A DNA stretch of 64,000 nucleotides. Origin: Octopus sinensis. Lineage: Eukaryota. Made by a program: the position numbers and the translations under genes. The stretch is from the NCBI RefSeq assembly GCF_006345805.1, contig NC_043015.1, positions 8,742,001-8,806,000 of the forward strand, in the 5' to 3' direction. Below the pieces are notes generated by a model, which saw only the letters and a list, made by a program, of their open reading frames with translations, was not told the origin of the DNA and did no database searches. Below, piece by piece: positions 51,189 to 64,000 of this stretch (its first letter is position 1; each line of letters starts with the position of its first letter).

Positions 51189-54100
51189 TCACCCGCGAGA
51201 CAAAACTTCCCTCTCCATTCTCACCTTCCTTTTCAAGTGGTACTTGAAAAAGTTGATGAGCGACTGGCCAGAGAGGTAAGTGTTTGTCTCTAATCCTTTC
51301 GCTCGAGTCCACCACACACATTCTTTCACCATGGCCACCAGTACGATGAAAACTGCCTTGCCTTCCCGGTTGGGGGAAGGGGGCGGAGCAATTCTCACGA
51401 TAGACTCGGCCGATAGGCGGATTCGTCCCACACGTGACAGCAGCCGTTCGGCATAAGCCCACAGGTCGGAAATGGTTGGACATTGCACGAGTGCGTGCAG
51501 AACGGTTTCGTCGCTCTGACCGCATCTCGGGCAAGTCGATCCAGTGTGTCTGGAACCGTGTCTGTAGAGCTTATCCCGAACAGGTAATGCTTCTCGATAG
51601 CACTGCCAGGCCAGGGATCTTTGGTGATTGTTCATAGGTCCCGGCCCGAAAGTTGTCCTGAACAGGCGGGTCAGGTGTTCCTCGTCGACGCCCAGACTCT
51701 GCCCGAGTTCGTCGTCGCACCTCCCCTCCACTAATTCTCTATAGAATGCCTTTGTTGTGATGGAGTCGCACAAGTTCGATCCCGGACGGCAGAGTTGCTT
51801 GAGAGCGACGCGACACTCGCGGTGCCATTCGCCTAGCCTCGGTCTCTGCTTGATCCATGACTGTAGTTCGTCCAAGGAGACGAGCTGCGGGAAAGCGCGC
51901 CGCACAAAAGGCGGCCACCCCTGTTCACCGTTGTCTATGAAGCGCCGGAGATGTCGCAGTCTCAGCGCATGTCTGCGCATCATCAACCACGGCATGCCCA
52001 GCCCTCCATTTAGCGGGTGTTGGCAGCAAATGGATCGCCTAACCATCGGAACGTTTCCCTTCCACAAGAAGCGGAAGAGTATGCGTTCCAGTTTGGTGAT
52101 GATAGGGTCGGGACAAGGCACGACGGTCAGACGATACTCGATGACGGATGCGATGTACGCGTTCGCCACCTCCGCCCGACCTTTTAGGGATAGCTTTCTC
52201 TCAGTCCATTTCTGGGTGAGAGTAGCCACCCTAGTCGTTATCTCGCCCCAGTTCTTCTCCATTTGGAGGTCCGGCCGAACCAGACCCCGAGCAAATTAAC
52301 CGGTCCGTCCGTCCAGCGTCCCACGATGGAGACGCTGTTGGACGGCATGGGCTTGCTTCTCCAGGTGCCGAGCCGCAAGCCCACTGACTTTTCCCGGTTA
52401 ATTTTTGCTCCCGTTACCGCTTCGTATTCTTTCAGTGTCTCGCCGACCAGCTCGATGTGCTCGTAGCTCGACACTATGACGGTGACGTCATCCGCGTATG
52501 CAGACACGCTCCTCCCGCATCCCAGCTCTCGTGGGATGCCCCTCAGCGTCGCCAGTTTCCGCAGTAGTGGCTCAAGAGTCAGTACATACAGCAGCGATGA
52601 GAGGGGGCATCCCTGACGAACCGAACGCATGATGTTAAAAGGTCTGGATAGATGACCATTTACGCGAACTACTGAGCGGATGCCGCTGTATAAGGCAGCG
52701 ATCCAACCGCGGAAAACTGGACCGAAACCAGCCGCTTTGAGGACAGCCTCCAAGTAGTGATGGTCTACCCTATCGAAGGCTTTTGATTGATCCAAATTGA
52801 TCAGCGCCCCACCCATGCCAGGATTTTTAACTACCCTGTCTATGATGTAGCGCATCAGATGGAGGTTGTCATGAATACTTCTACCCGGCACGGCGCATGT
52901 TTGCGCCTTGTCGATTAGTTTCTTGATGACAAGCGCCAACCTCTCGGCTAACACCTTGGCCAAAATTTTCAAATCTGCGTTGAGCAGAGTGATGGGCCTG
53001 AAATTATCTATGACGTCCCCCTTGTTTGGGTCTTTCTTGATCAGTGCCACTGCTCCTCGCTTTACAAAAGCAGGAATACTCCCGTTCTGCTGCCAGTTGC
53101 AGTAGACAGCTGCCAAGACGCCTCCAAACAAGTCTGGCATATGAAAATAAAATTCGTAGGGCAGCCATCCAAGCCTGGTGACTTGTCTCTCGCGCAGCCT
53201 ACCATCGCATCCTGTACATCCGCAGCTGTGATAGGCTTTTCACAAGACTCCACCTCCCTTGCTGAGAGTCGTGGCAAGGCATGCAGGTAGGCACTAAAGT
53301 CCACTCTGCTTTCTGACTCACCACTTGTCCCAAACAGTTGGGTGAAGTGTTGTTGAAAAACCCCACACATCCTTTTAGGCTCGAGCAATTCGCGCCCCTG
53401 TTCATCTATAAGAGACTTGATGGTGGCTCTGTTGCCTCGTTGCGTCTCCACCACTCGGGCCTCTGGGCGGCTCCAACTCCTTCGTTCCTCAGAGCACGCA
53501 TCCTAGCTCTGACAACGCATCCCTCGTGTTGGTCGAGGGCCAATCTCGCCGCCAGTACGTTGGACGCGATGCCAGTTCTAAGTGCCTCTTCTAAAACCTT
53601 AACTAATTCTCCCTCTATTCTATTTCGGTCTAATGCTAGGGCTCTACTGTATCTGACTGATTCTGCTTTAATCGCTTTTTTTAGGGCATACCACCATCTG
53701 TTGTTGATGATGGTACCCGTCAAAGCTCTCTTAACTAATGTGCTGATCCGGTCCCTGTAAACCTGTCGTGCTGTAAACGACGCGTTCAGTTTCCAGTAAC
53801 CAGGACCCTGCCTATGTGTCTTATCTAAGTCAAGTGTACAAGTCACAAACTTGTGATCTGTGTAACTGACTATATGAAATTGTGGACAACCTACACTGTT
53901 TTTATCTATTGTCCTACAGAATACTCTGTCTAAGTATGATCTGGACGACCCGATGCGGTTACTCCATGTCCACATTGGCACATTCGGGTGGTCCAGTCGG
54001 TACCTGTCAGACAGTTGGAAACGTCTGAGCAGGTCTTTGAGGCATTTGCATCCCCTTCTATTGCTATCTCTGCCCACGTAGTCTAGATGCGTGTCCAGGG

Positions 54101-54533
54101 TGGCATTCCAATCCCCCACTAAAAGTAAAGGACGAGACGTTCCCATGAAAGACTCTAGACGTCGAAAGAAATCTGGTCGGCCTGTTAAGGACGGAGCATA
54201 AACTGCTATCAGTCGAAAAGCACACTCATTGCTGCCATCGACATCCAAAACGACCAGCCTACCCTCCGGGTCTAGGAAATTTGCTCTTACTTTGAGATCC
54301 AGACTCTTCCGGATAAGCACCGCGGTTCCACCTCCGCCCATTCTCGGTAGACACGGAGAAAAATAAATGTTGAAATGTGTACCGAAAATGTGCTGGAGTG
54401 CCCGCAAGCTGTGGAGTCTGGTCTCACTGATGGCTATGATATTCAGATTTAGTGACTTGATGTCATTTAACAGGTAGCCTTGTTTCCAAGGCGACCCCAA
54501 GCCACGTACATTTATACTACCTATTCTGAGCAT
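51189..54533 (-). pseudogene. A1 ORF2: AP endonuclease, reverse transcriptase and C-terminal zinc finger, disrupted
   Basis: MLRIGSINVRG, SETRL, VGDWN, SYLDR, TDHK; DKSPGLDG, NFRPITLLNAD, DQSKAFDRVDH, VRQGCPLS, YADD; CPRCGQSDETVLHALVQC. Frameshifts near 53455, 53165 and 52270; ~20-bp deletion near 51192. Confidence 0.95.
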
Positions 54534-54802
54534 GTTCCGATAAAAGTGCAAAAAAGGAAAAGGAGAGAAAAGGTTACTTGTTTTTCGAAGTTCTTTGTCT
54601 TTCACCTCACGGTCTTCTTCTATGAGGCTTTTATACAGTTTTTTTCGATGAGTACTTTTGAAATCTCCCTACGGCATCAGGTAAGAGATTTCAGGGTGCT
54701 GTATGTGTTCGTGTCACGTGTATTATTTTAATGTGTTGTGGTGGGTTTGTATGTGGGTGGTTACTTGTTTTTATGTCGTTTTCAGTATGTTAGTGTTTGA
54801 AC

Positions 54803-56720
54803 CTAATGTGTTCCATTAGGTCGTGGTTGTTTGGTGTTTATGGCTGTCAACATTTTTGGGGGGTTTGATGATGGTGTGTTTGTGTTGATGTGTGTGTTTT
54901 CTGTGGATGTTTTTGTTTCGGGAGTGGTGTATCTTCCCGCTTTGTTGTTATTTTTTCTTTTCTTTTTTTTTTTCCCCCTTTTTCTCTCCCCCCTGTGGCT
55001 ATTTGCCAATCTTCCGTGTCTTCTTCGTCTAATGACAGATCAGACGAATCGGAGTCTGGAAGAGGGAAAGATTGGGGTCTATTGTCGACTGTGTTGTTTT
55101 TGTTGTTGGTGTTGGTTGGTGAGCGTTTGGTTGTGGTGTATGCGGTTTTGGATGTGGGGTTTGGGTATTTTGTGTTTGAGTGATTGTGGGTATTGTTGTG
55201 TTGTTTAGGGTCTCAATTTGTGGGATTTGGAGTTGTAATTGTTTCTTCATTTTTGCTGGGTGTCTTTTTGGCAGATGTCCTTGGTTTGGGAGTTGGTATA
55301 TTCTTGTTGTTGTTGTTGGTGATGCTGCTTCTGTTCTTGGTGCTGCAGTTGGTGTGGTTGTTTGTTTGGTGAGTTTTGTTCCTGCAAAAAGTGGTGTGGG
55401 TAGTAAACCTTGTTTATTTGTTTTTGTTTCCGCTGCTGTTGTTGTTGCTGTTGTTTTCTTGCGGCAGATTTGCAGTCTTTTTTGAGGTGTTGCTCACTTG
55501 CCGCATATGTAGCAACGTGGTCTTCTGCCATCGACGACCACATATAACTTGTGGTCGTCTGATACACATATCTGGGTGGGTATTTTTTTATATCCTCATG
55601 ATGTATATGTAGAAGAAATTCTATTTTGTGTCCCACCCAGTTTTTATTCTCTGTGACTGTGGTTTCCAAAATAGTATAGTTTTTCGCCATTTTTACGCAT
55701 AAGGCCTTTACAAGCCATAGACTATTGGCTATTTTGGGACATTGTTTAGAGTGATCTTAGTCACTTTCTGTCCCCGATAGCTTGGTGTAAGTTGGAGTTC
55801 ATCTGAGTGAAGAGTTAGCGTTGAGAAATGTCTAGCTAACTCTTCGGTTTGTAGAAAACAACTTGTATGTGGGCAAATTTGTTCCACCAGGTTACATATT
55901 CTTTGTGATCCCAGATGGGTTTCAAGCACTTCTCTATTTTGCTTGTGTTGGCCTTCTCTGGGATTTTTGTTTTTTTGTTAACTATTTTATAAATGATTGT
56001 TCGTCTTTTTTCATTTTCCAAAATATCTTCTGGTATGTTTATTTGTACTATACCTTCTGATTCTGTTATTTTGATGTTCGTGTCCTGTATTTGTTGAGCC
56101 GTAAAGTATATTGTTGTTTTTTTTTCTTTAATCGCCTCAGCGAAATTTGTTGTTGTTTTGTTATTGTTGTTGCTTGTGGTGGTTGTTTGTTGGCTGCAGT
56201 TTGTAAAATTGGTGTGTTTGGTTCGATCGTGCTAGTAGGAAGGGGTGGAAAATTGCCTGCGTACTTTAGTCCTGCACTAGGGCAAAATTCGACATTTCGT
56301 TTGCTTGTCGTCGTTATTTTTTCACTTGTTGGGTGATGGAGTGAGCAGTGGTTGAAGGGAATTGTTGTTGTCGTCGTTGTTGTTGTTGTTATTGTCGTTT
56401 CTGTGACGGCGGTGGTGTTGGTAGTATTAGTAGCATTGACGGCACGGTCTTTGGTGGCGGTGATGGTGATGTTTTTTATGGTGGCGATATCTTTAGTAGG
56501 GATAGCAGTTTTAGTAGCAGATTCTGCCATGGTGTTGGTGGTGGTGGGTGGACTCACTGATGGTGTTGACGGTGCTTGGCCTTGCGACCTTTATTTTGTA
56601 TTTGTTGCTGTTGGTGGTGGGTGGAGTTGTCAGGTCGGCGTATGCTAACAGAGCATCCTGCTTTTCTGTTTCTGCGTCACGCTTCACTTGCAACTCAGCC
56701 TCGTGGTGGCCAGTGGCCAT
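54803..56720 (-). pseudogene. A1 ORF1 (Thr/Lys-rich, CCHC zinc knuckle), disrupted
   Basis: MATGHHEAELQ start. LYVVVDGRRPRCYICG-x-EQHLKKDC with a 1-bp insertion in the knuckle. Several stops and shifts; end position approximate. Confidence 0.8.
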
Positions 56721-56940
56721 TTTGGAAATAAAATGGCTAAATGAAACCACGAAGGCTATGAGGATTTTTTTCTTTAATTTTGCCCACAAGGGGCAAAATT
56801 TTGTGTCGATATTTATCAAAGGTTTACAGTGGATGTTGTTGTTGCACAACTTTTAAGCACAAAATGTTTGTCAATATACACTTTTAAATGGTCAAAATAA
56901 ATGATTACCTTCGGAGCTGAAACGACATCACATCCGTCAG

Positions 56941-56952
56941 AGATAGATAGAC

Positions 56953-57024
<72 letters not shown>

Positions 57025-57030
57025 TGATAC

Positions 57031-57062
<32 letters not shown>

Positions 57063-57063
57063 G

Positions 57064-57102
<39 letters not shown>

Positions 57103-57156
57103 GTAGATAGATATAGAGAGAGATAGAAAGATAGATAGGTAGATAGATAGATAGAC

Positions 57157-57197
<41 letters not shown>
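56941..57197 (+). repeat. (GATA)n tract between A1 and B2
   Basis: Direct reading. Confidence 0.97.
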
Positions 57198-57768
57198 TGT
57201 TTCTTTATTAGCCACACAGGGCTGCACACAGATAGAACAAATTACAAGGTAGAGCTTTTCTTTTGAAGGTTTAAAAAAAAAAAAAATAGTAATAAAATAA
57301 CAAATAAAATAAAATAAAAAAGGGAGGTCGATCAAAAGGGATCGTAAAAGGAGAGAAAGAGGACAAACAAAGGGGGGTTAAAAAAAAGGGGGAGAGGAAA
57401 AAAAATTGATCAATAGGGATCGTTATCACAGAAATGTCAATATGAAGTGTAAAGGGGAGGACAGGTGAGGTTTACCCGTGGAAAGAAAAGCTACGGAAAA
57501 GACCACGGTAACCTCGGTCAATGAAGTCACATGTTATATTTCTTCTTTTTTTTAGCAAATAAGCAACTCTCTGTATTAATTTTTACGGTTCATAGAATCA
57601 TAGTCAGGGTGGCTTCGTCATTCATACGTGCCATCCTTGCTACATTCACCCATCTTTTTTTTAAAACATTCACTAGACAAACTTGCCTCTCTACTACTCT
57701 CACTTTCTTCATCGATACTTGAAGAAGTGAGATGAGAGATTGACCAGAGAGGAAAGTGTTTGTCTCTA
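57198..57768 (-). mobile_element. 5'-truncated Tx1 copy, subfamily B (B2)
   Basis: 3' UTR plus ORF2 end (RWVNVARMARMNDEATLTMIL*); homologous to 58690-59250. Confidence 0.92.
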
Positions 57769-57787
57769 GATAGATAGATAGATAGAC

Positions 57788-57872
<85 letters not shown>
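57769..57872 (+). repeat. (GATA)n tract
   Basis: Direct reading. Confidence 0.97.
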
Positions 57873-57873
<1 letters not shown>

Positions 57874-58610
57874 CTTTCTTTCTTTTTTTTTTTTTTTTTT
57901 ATTAGCCACACAGGGCTGAATACAGAGGGGACAAATACAAATGCAGAGCTTTTCTTTTCGAGGGTGGAAAAAAATAAAAAATGTAAGATTGCGATCAAAA
58001 GGGATCGTGAGAAGGAAAAAAAAAGGAAAAAAAGAAAATCGTGTATCACAGAAATAATGGTGTAAACATTGATATAACAAGATTGGGTTCATCGTGGGAA
58101 GAAAACCTACAGAAAATACCACGGGAACCCCAGTCAGGGAGGAAATAAACACATGAGGTCAAAAATGCTCTCTTTCTTTCTTTTTTACGATCTACAGGAT
58201 CATGCTCAAGATGGTTTCGCACCATCTTTGCAACATTCACCCATCTTTTTTTTAATCTTTTCGCGAGACATAACTTCCCTCTCCATTCTCACCTTCCTTT
58301 TCAAGTGGTACTTGAAAAAGTTGATGAGCGATTGGCCAGAGAGGTAAGTGTTTGTCTCTAATCCTTTCGCTCGAGTCCACCACACACATTCTTTCAACAT
58401 GGCCACCAGTACGATGAAAAAAAACTGCCTTCCTTCCCGGTTGAGGGAAGGGGGCGGAGCAATTTCACGATAGACTCGGCCGATAGGCGGATTCGTCCCA
58501 CACGTGACAGCAGCCGTTCGGCATAAGCCCACAGGTCGAAATGGTTGGAAATTGCACGAGTGCGTGCAGAACGGTTTCGTCGCTCTGACCGCATCTCGGG
58601 CAAGTCGGTC
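57873..58610 (-). mobile_element. 5'-truncated Tx1 copy, subfamily A (A3)
   Basis: Near-identical to 50841-51540, with a longer A-run after AATAA. Confidence 0.93.

Positions 58611-58689
<79 letters not shown>
58611..58689 (+). repeat. (GATA)n tract
   Basis: Direct reading. Confidence 0.97.
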
Positions 58690-59084
58690 TGTTTCTTTAT
58701 TAGCCACACAGGGCTGCACACAGATAGAACAAATTACAAGGTAGAGCTTTCTTTTGAAGGTACTAAAAAAAAAAAAAAAAAAAAAGGGAAGGGGAAGGTT
58801 CGATCAAAGGGGATCGTAAAAGGAGAGAAAGAGGACAAAAATAAAGGGGGTTAAAAAAAAAAAAAAAAAAAGGGGGGGGGGGAGAAAAAAATGATCAATA
58901 GGGATCGTTATCACAGAAATGTCAATATGAAGTGTAAAGGGGAGGACAGGTGAGGTTTACCCGTGGAAAGAAAAGCCTGCGGAAAAGACCACGGTAACCT
59001 CGGTCAATGAAGTCACATTTTATATTTCTTTATTTTTTTTTTTTTTTTTTTGCAAATAAGCAACTCTCTGTTTTCGATTTCTGG

Positions 59085-62000
59085 GTTCATAGGACTATGC
59101 TCAAGGTGGCTTCGTCATTCAGTACGTGCCATTCTTGCTACATTCACCCATCTTTTTTAAAAACATTCGCTAGACAAACTTGCCTCTCTACTCTCACTTT
59201 CCTTTTCAAGTGGTACTTGAAGAAGTTGATGAGAGATTGACCAGAGAGGAAAGGATTTGTCTCCAATCCTTTCAGACGCGTCCACCAGATACATTCTTTC
59301 GCCATAGCCACAGGATGATGAAAATAGCTCTTCCTTCCCGTTTGAAGGAAGGAGGCGTGACAATATTGACGATAGACTCAGCTGATAAACCGACTCGTCC
59401 CACACGTGACAGCAGTTGTTCGACATAAGCCCACAGGTCGGAAATTGTTGGACACTGAACGAGTGCGTGCAGAACGGTTTCGTCGCTCTGACCGCATCTC
59501 GGGCAGGTCGCCCCGTGTTTCTCGAGCCGTGTCTGTAGAGCTTATCCCGAACGGGTAGCGCTTCTCGGTAGCACTGCCAGGCCAGGGATCTCTGGAAGTT
59601 GTCCCTGGGCCCTGGCCCGAAAGTCGTCCCGAACAGGCGGGTCAGGTACTCCTCGTCGACGTCCAGGTTCGCCCCGAGCTCGTCGTCGTACCTCCCCTCC
59701 ACTAAACCCCTATAGAATGCTTTGGTTGTTTGAAGTCACTTAAGGTCGACCAGGACGCAGAGTTGCTTGAGAGCAACGCGACACTCGCGGTGCCATTCGC
59801 CCTTCCTCGGCCTTTTTTTGATCCACGACTGCAGTTCGGTCATGGAGACGAGCTGCGGGAAAGCGTGCCTCACAAACGGCGACCACACCTGTTCACCGTC
59901 GTCTACATAGAGCCAGAGATGTCGCAGTCTCAGCGCGTGTCTGCGCATCATCAACCACGGCATGCCCAGCCCTCCTTTTAACGGGTGTTGACAGCAAATG
60001 ATCGCCTGACCATCGGGACGCACCATCTTTCCACAAGAAGCGAAAGAGGATGCGTTGTAGTTTGGTGATGGTAGGGTCGGGACAAGGTACGACGGTCAGG
60101 CGGTAGTAGATGACGGACGCGATGTACGTGTTCGCCACCTCCGCTCGACCTTTTAGGGACAGTTTCCTCTCGGCCCATTGCCGGGCGAGAGTGACCACCC
60201 TACTCGTTATCTCGTTCCAGTTCTTCTCCACTTGGAGGTCCGGACCAAACCAGACCCCGAGCAACTCAACCGGGCCGTCGGTCCAGCGTCCCACGACGGA
60301 GGCGCTGGTGGACGGCATGGGCTTGCTTCTCCAGGTGCCTAGTCGCAAGCCCACTGACTTTTCCCGGTTGATTTTCGCTCCTGTTCACCGCTTCGTAGTT
60401 TTTCAGTGTCTCGCCGACCAGCTCGATGTGCTCGTGGCTAGACACTATGACGGTGACGTCGTCCGCGTATGCAGACACGCTCGTCCGCATCCCAATTCTC
60501 GCGGGATGCCCCTTAGAGTCGCCAGCTTCCGCAGTAGTGGCTCAAGAGTCAATACGTATAGAAGCGCCGAGAGGGGCATCCCTGACGGACCGAACGTGCA
60601 ATGTCGAAAGGTCTCGATAGATGTCCATTTACGCGAATTACCGAACGGATGCCTCTGTACAAGGCAGCTATCCAGCCGCGGAAGACGGGACCGAACCCAG
60701 CCGCTCTCAGGACTGCCTCCAAGTATCGATGGTCTACCCTATCAAAGGCTTTTGATTGATCAAGTTGATCAGGCCCCACCCATGGCAGGTTCGTTAACTA
60801 CCCTGTCTATGATGTAGCGCATCAGATGGAGGTTGTCATGGATGGTCCGGCCTGGCACGGCGCATGTTTGCGCCTTGTCGACCAGTTTCTCGATGACAAG
60901 CGCCAACCTCTTGGCTAGCACCTTGGCCAAAATTTTCAAGTCTGCATTAAGCAGAGTGATGGGCCTAAAGTTATCTATTACATTTCCCTTGTTTAGATCT
61001 TTCTTCAGCAGTGTTACGGCTCCTCGGCTCACAAAACCAGGAATGCTCCCGTTTTGCTGCCAGTTGCAGTACACCGCCGCCAAGAGATCTCCAAACAAGT
61101 CTGGCATACAATTGTAAAGCTCGTAGGGTAGACCATCCAAACCCGGTGATTTGTCCCTCGAGCATTCTGCCATCGCTTGCCGCACTTCCGCCGCCGTGAT
61201 GGCACCTTCGCAGCACCCTGCCTTTCTTGTCGAGACTCGTGGTAGGCTATGTAGGTAGGCACTGAAGTCCACCCTACGTTCTTGCCCTCCACTCGTTCCG
61301 AACAGTCGGGCAAATGCTGCTGAAAGGCCTCACACATTTTACTTGGCTCGAGCAATTCGCGCCCCTGTTCATCTACCAGTGACCGAATGGTGGCTTTGTT
61401 GCCCTGTTGCGCCTCTGCCACCCGGGCCTCTCTCGCGGCTCCAACACCTTCGTTCCTTAGAGCACGCATCCTAGCTCTGACAGCACATCCTTCGTGTTTG
61501 GCGTTGAAGTGTTGGTCGAGGGCCAACCTCGCCGCCAAAACGTCGGATGCGATGCCGCTTCTAATTGCCTCTTCTAGCTTCTTAACTAGCTCACCCTCTA
61601 CTCTATTTCTATCTATGGCTAGTGCTTTGCTGTACCTAATCGCTTCTGCTTTTACTGCTCTCTTGAGGGCAAACCACCATTTGTTGTTGATGATGGCTCC
61701 CGTCAAAGCCCTCTTTACTAGTGTGCTAATCCGGTCTCTGAAAACTTGTCTCGATGGGAAAGACGCGTTTAGTTTCCAGTATCCGGGACCCTGCCTAAGT
61801 GTCTTACCTAAGTCTAGCGTACATGTCACAAGTTTGTGATCCGTGTAGCTGACTATGTGGAATTGTGGACATCCTATGCTATCTCTATCTACTGTCCTAC
61901 ACAGTATCCTATCTAGATACGATCTCGACGACCCGATGCGGTTGCTCCATGTCCACGTTGGCGCATTCGGGTGGTCTAGTCGAAACCTGTCAGACAGTTG

Positions 62001-62513
62001 AAAGCGTCTGAGCAGGTCTCTGAGGCATTTGCATCCCCGTCTATTCCTATCTCTACCCACGTAGTCTACATGCGTGTCCAAGGTAGCATTCCAATCCCCC
62101 ACTAAGAGTAAAGGACGAGACGTTCCCAAGAAAACTTCTAGACGTTGAAGAAATCCGCCCGACCTGTTAAGGGCGGTGCGTAAACTGATACGAGCCGAAA
62201 AGCGCACCCATTGCTGCCGTCGACATCCAGGACGACCAGTCTACCCTCCGGGTCTACGAATATTGTCCTTACATTGAGATCCAGACTCTTGTGAAAAAGT
62301 ACCGCGGTGCCACTACCGCCCATTCTCGGCAGACAGGGGGAAAAATAAATGTTGAACTGTCCGCCAACATGGTCTTTAGGGCCGCGGATTGTGGAGTCTG
62401 GTCTCGCTTATGGCTATGATTTCTAACTTATGTGACTTTATGTCATTTAAGAGGTACCCTTGTTTCCAAGGGGACCCCAAGCCACGCGCATTTACACAAC
62501 CAATCTTGATCAT
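59085..62513 (-). pseudogene. B4 ORF2 (APE-RT-zinc finger), many frameshifts
   Basis: MIKIGCVNARGLGSPWKQG, VGDWN, TDHK, DKSPGLDGLP, NFRPITLLNAD, SKAFDRVDH, SAYADDV. Confidence 0.93.
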
Positions 62514-62700
62514 AGTTCTAATGAATTAGAATACAGAGGTTACTTACTGCTCGAAAGTTTTTGTTTTTGCTTTCTCCTCCGTTGGTTTGTCCTCGAGAAG
62601 ATCCCAGTACAGTTTCTTTGTGAGATATTTTTGGCATTTACCACCACCGCACTGGGGAAAATGCCTTTGAGTGTGTGGTGCAGACTTTTGGAGATGTGTA

Positions 62701-64000
62701 TTATTTTGATGTGGTCTGGTGGTGTTGTGTATGGTGGTTGTTTGTTTTTATGTCATCTTCTGTTATGTTTGTTTTTGATTGGATGTATTCCATCAAATTT
62801 GTGTTTTTGGTGTCTATGGCTGTGAGCATGTTTGCTGTATATGTTTTTGTGGTGTTGGTGTGGCTGTTGTTTGCGTTGGGTTTTGAAATGTCTTCGGGAG
62901 ATGTATTTCCCCCTGCTTTGTTCGTGTTTGCATTTGGTTTGGTTGTGTTTCTGCTCTTTATTTTCCTTCTTTTTGTAGCTATTTGCCATTCCTCACTGGT
63001 TTCGTCTTCCGACGAAATTTCTGAGGAATCAGAAGGGGGTAGGGGTATGTTGTGGGCTTCTATGTATGTCTGTGTAAGTGGTTGTGTTGTTGTTTTCGTT
63101 GTTGTTGGTTGTTGAGTGTTTGTGTGTGTTGAGTGCGGTATAAGGGATGGGGATCAGTTTGTGTGTGTTTTTTTTGTTTTTCTGTTCCTTTGGGTTTTGC
63201 TGTTGATGGTAGTGTTGGTATTTTTCAGGTGTCGAGTGGTTTTTGGTTGATGACGGATTAGCTTGGTGTGCTTCTCTTGTCGTCTTCTGTGTTGATGGTG
63301 GTGTGGTAGTAGAGCTTTTTTCCGGAGTGCTTTGGTTGTGGTAGTGGTTGTTGTTGTTGCTCTTGGTGTGCAGTGGTTGGGCACGTCTTTTTCAAGTGTG
63401 TTTCGCTTCCACACAAATAGCAGCGTGGTCGCCTGCCCTCTACCACTATATAGAGTTTGTAGCCTCCTGGCAGTTCTATAGCGGTGGGTATCTTCTCTCT
63501 TGCTGCTTCATCCAATTGAAGCAGGAATTCGATTGATTGCCCACATAGTCTTTCTCTCCTAGAACCGCGATTTCCAGGATGTTTGTCTCTGACATTGTCT
63601 CTGACATTTCAAAGCAGATGGCAGAGACCACACCATTGTGTTTCGACATCAAATGGTATGTTTTTTATTTGGACTTTCGTGACCCTTTTGTTTAAATAGA
63701 CTGGTATCATTACCAAGTCGTCCGAATGTAGCTCCAATGTGGAAAACGTTTTGCTAAACTTTCGTTGAGGAAACGTACTTGGACTGTACCAAATTTGTTT
63801 CCCCAACTGATATATTCCTTGGAGTCCCATACAGGACGAAGGCATTTATCGATTTTTTCCCTGCGGCATTTTCTGTTCTTCTTGTTTTTTTTGTTTATTA
63901 CTTTTATAAATTATGTTTTTTTTTGCGTGTTTTCCACGATGTGTTGTGGAATATGAAGGTGCAATTGTCTCCTTCTTTGGAGAAGAGTGCCTTTGTGCGG
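62701..64000 (-). pseudogene. B4 ORF1 3' part with CX2CX4HX4C knuckle
   Basis: LYIVVEGRRPRCYLCGSETHLKKTC (knuckle 63381-63422); frameshifted. Confidence 0.85.

Larger units (their letters stand above)
50841..56940 (-). mobile_element. Apparently full-length Tx1/L1-clade LINE, subfamily A (copy A1, about 6.1 kb)
   Basis: 5' UTR, ORF1 with a gag-like knuckle, ORF2 APE-RT-zinc finger, 3' UTR ending AATAAAAGAAAGT. (GATA)n on both sides. Confidence 0.95.
58690..64000 (-). mobile_element. Long Tx1 copy, subfamily B (B4), running off the window end
   Basis: 3' UTR, frameshifted ORF2 and ORF1 with an intact knuckle. Confidence 0.95.

Overview
AT-rich, microsatellite-dense eukaryotic non-coding DNA. 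The SINE families and simple-repeat load suggest an octopus or other coleoid cephalopod genome (inference). No host protein-coding gene can be supported; most listed ORFs are translations of simple repeats. The window is dominated by retroelements. (1) 50.6-64 kb: four Tx1/L1-clade LINE copies from two subfamilies (A-B-A-B), all on the minus strand and each bounded by (GATA)n tracts, which suggests microsatellite-specific targeting. Their last ~43 nt match the 3' end of the unit of a tRNA-derived SINE scattered through the window, so this may be a LINE/SINE partnership. (2) Penelope-like elements (PLE): one near-intact RT+GIY-YIG copy at 17.4-20.3 kb, one GIY-YIG fragment at 23.5-25 kb, and several ORF-less terminal-repeat elements in (TA)n tracts. 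These ORF-less elements form fold-back or tandem structures and carry type I hammerhead ribozyme motifs, three with an intact catalytic core (36971-37073 minus, 37271-37373 plus, 37617-37699 minus). Also present are decayed R4/Dong-like and RTE LINE fragments, an internally deleted mariner, four SINE families and large compound trinucleotide arrays. All alignments and structures were read by eye. Some 1-bp frameshifts could be assembly errors.
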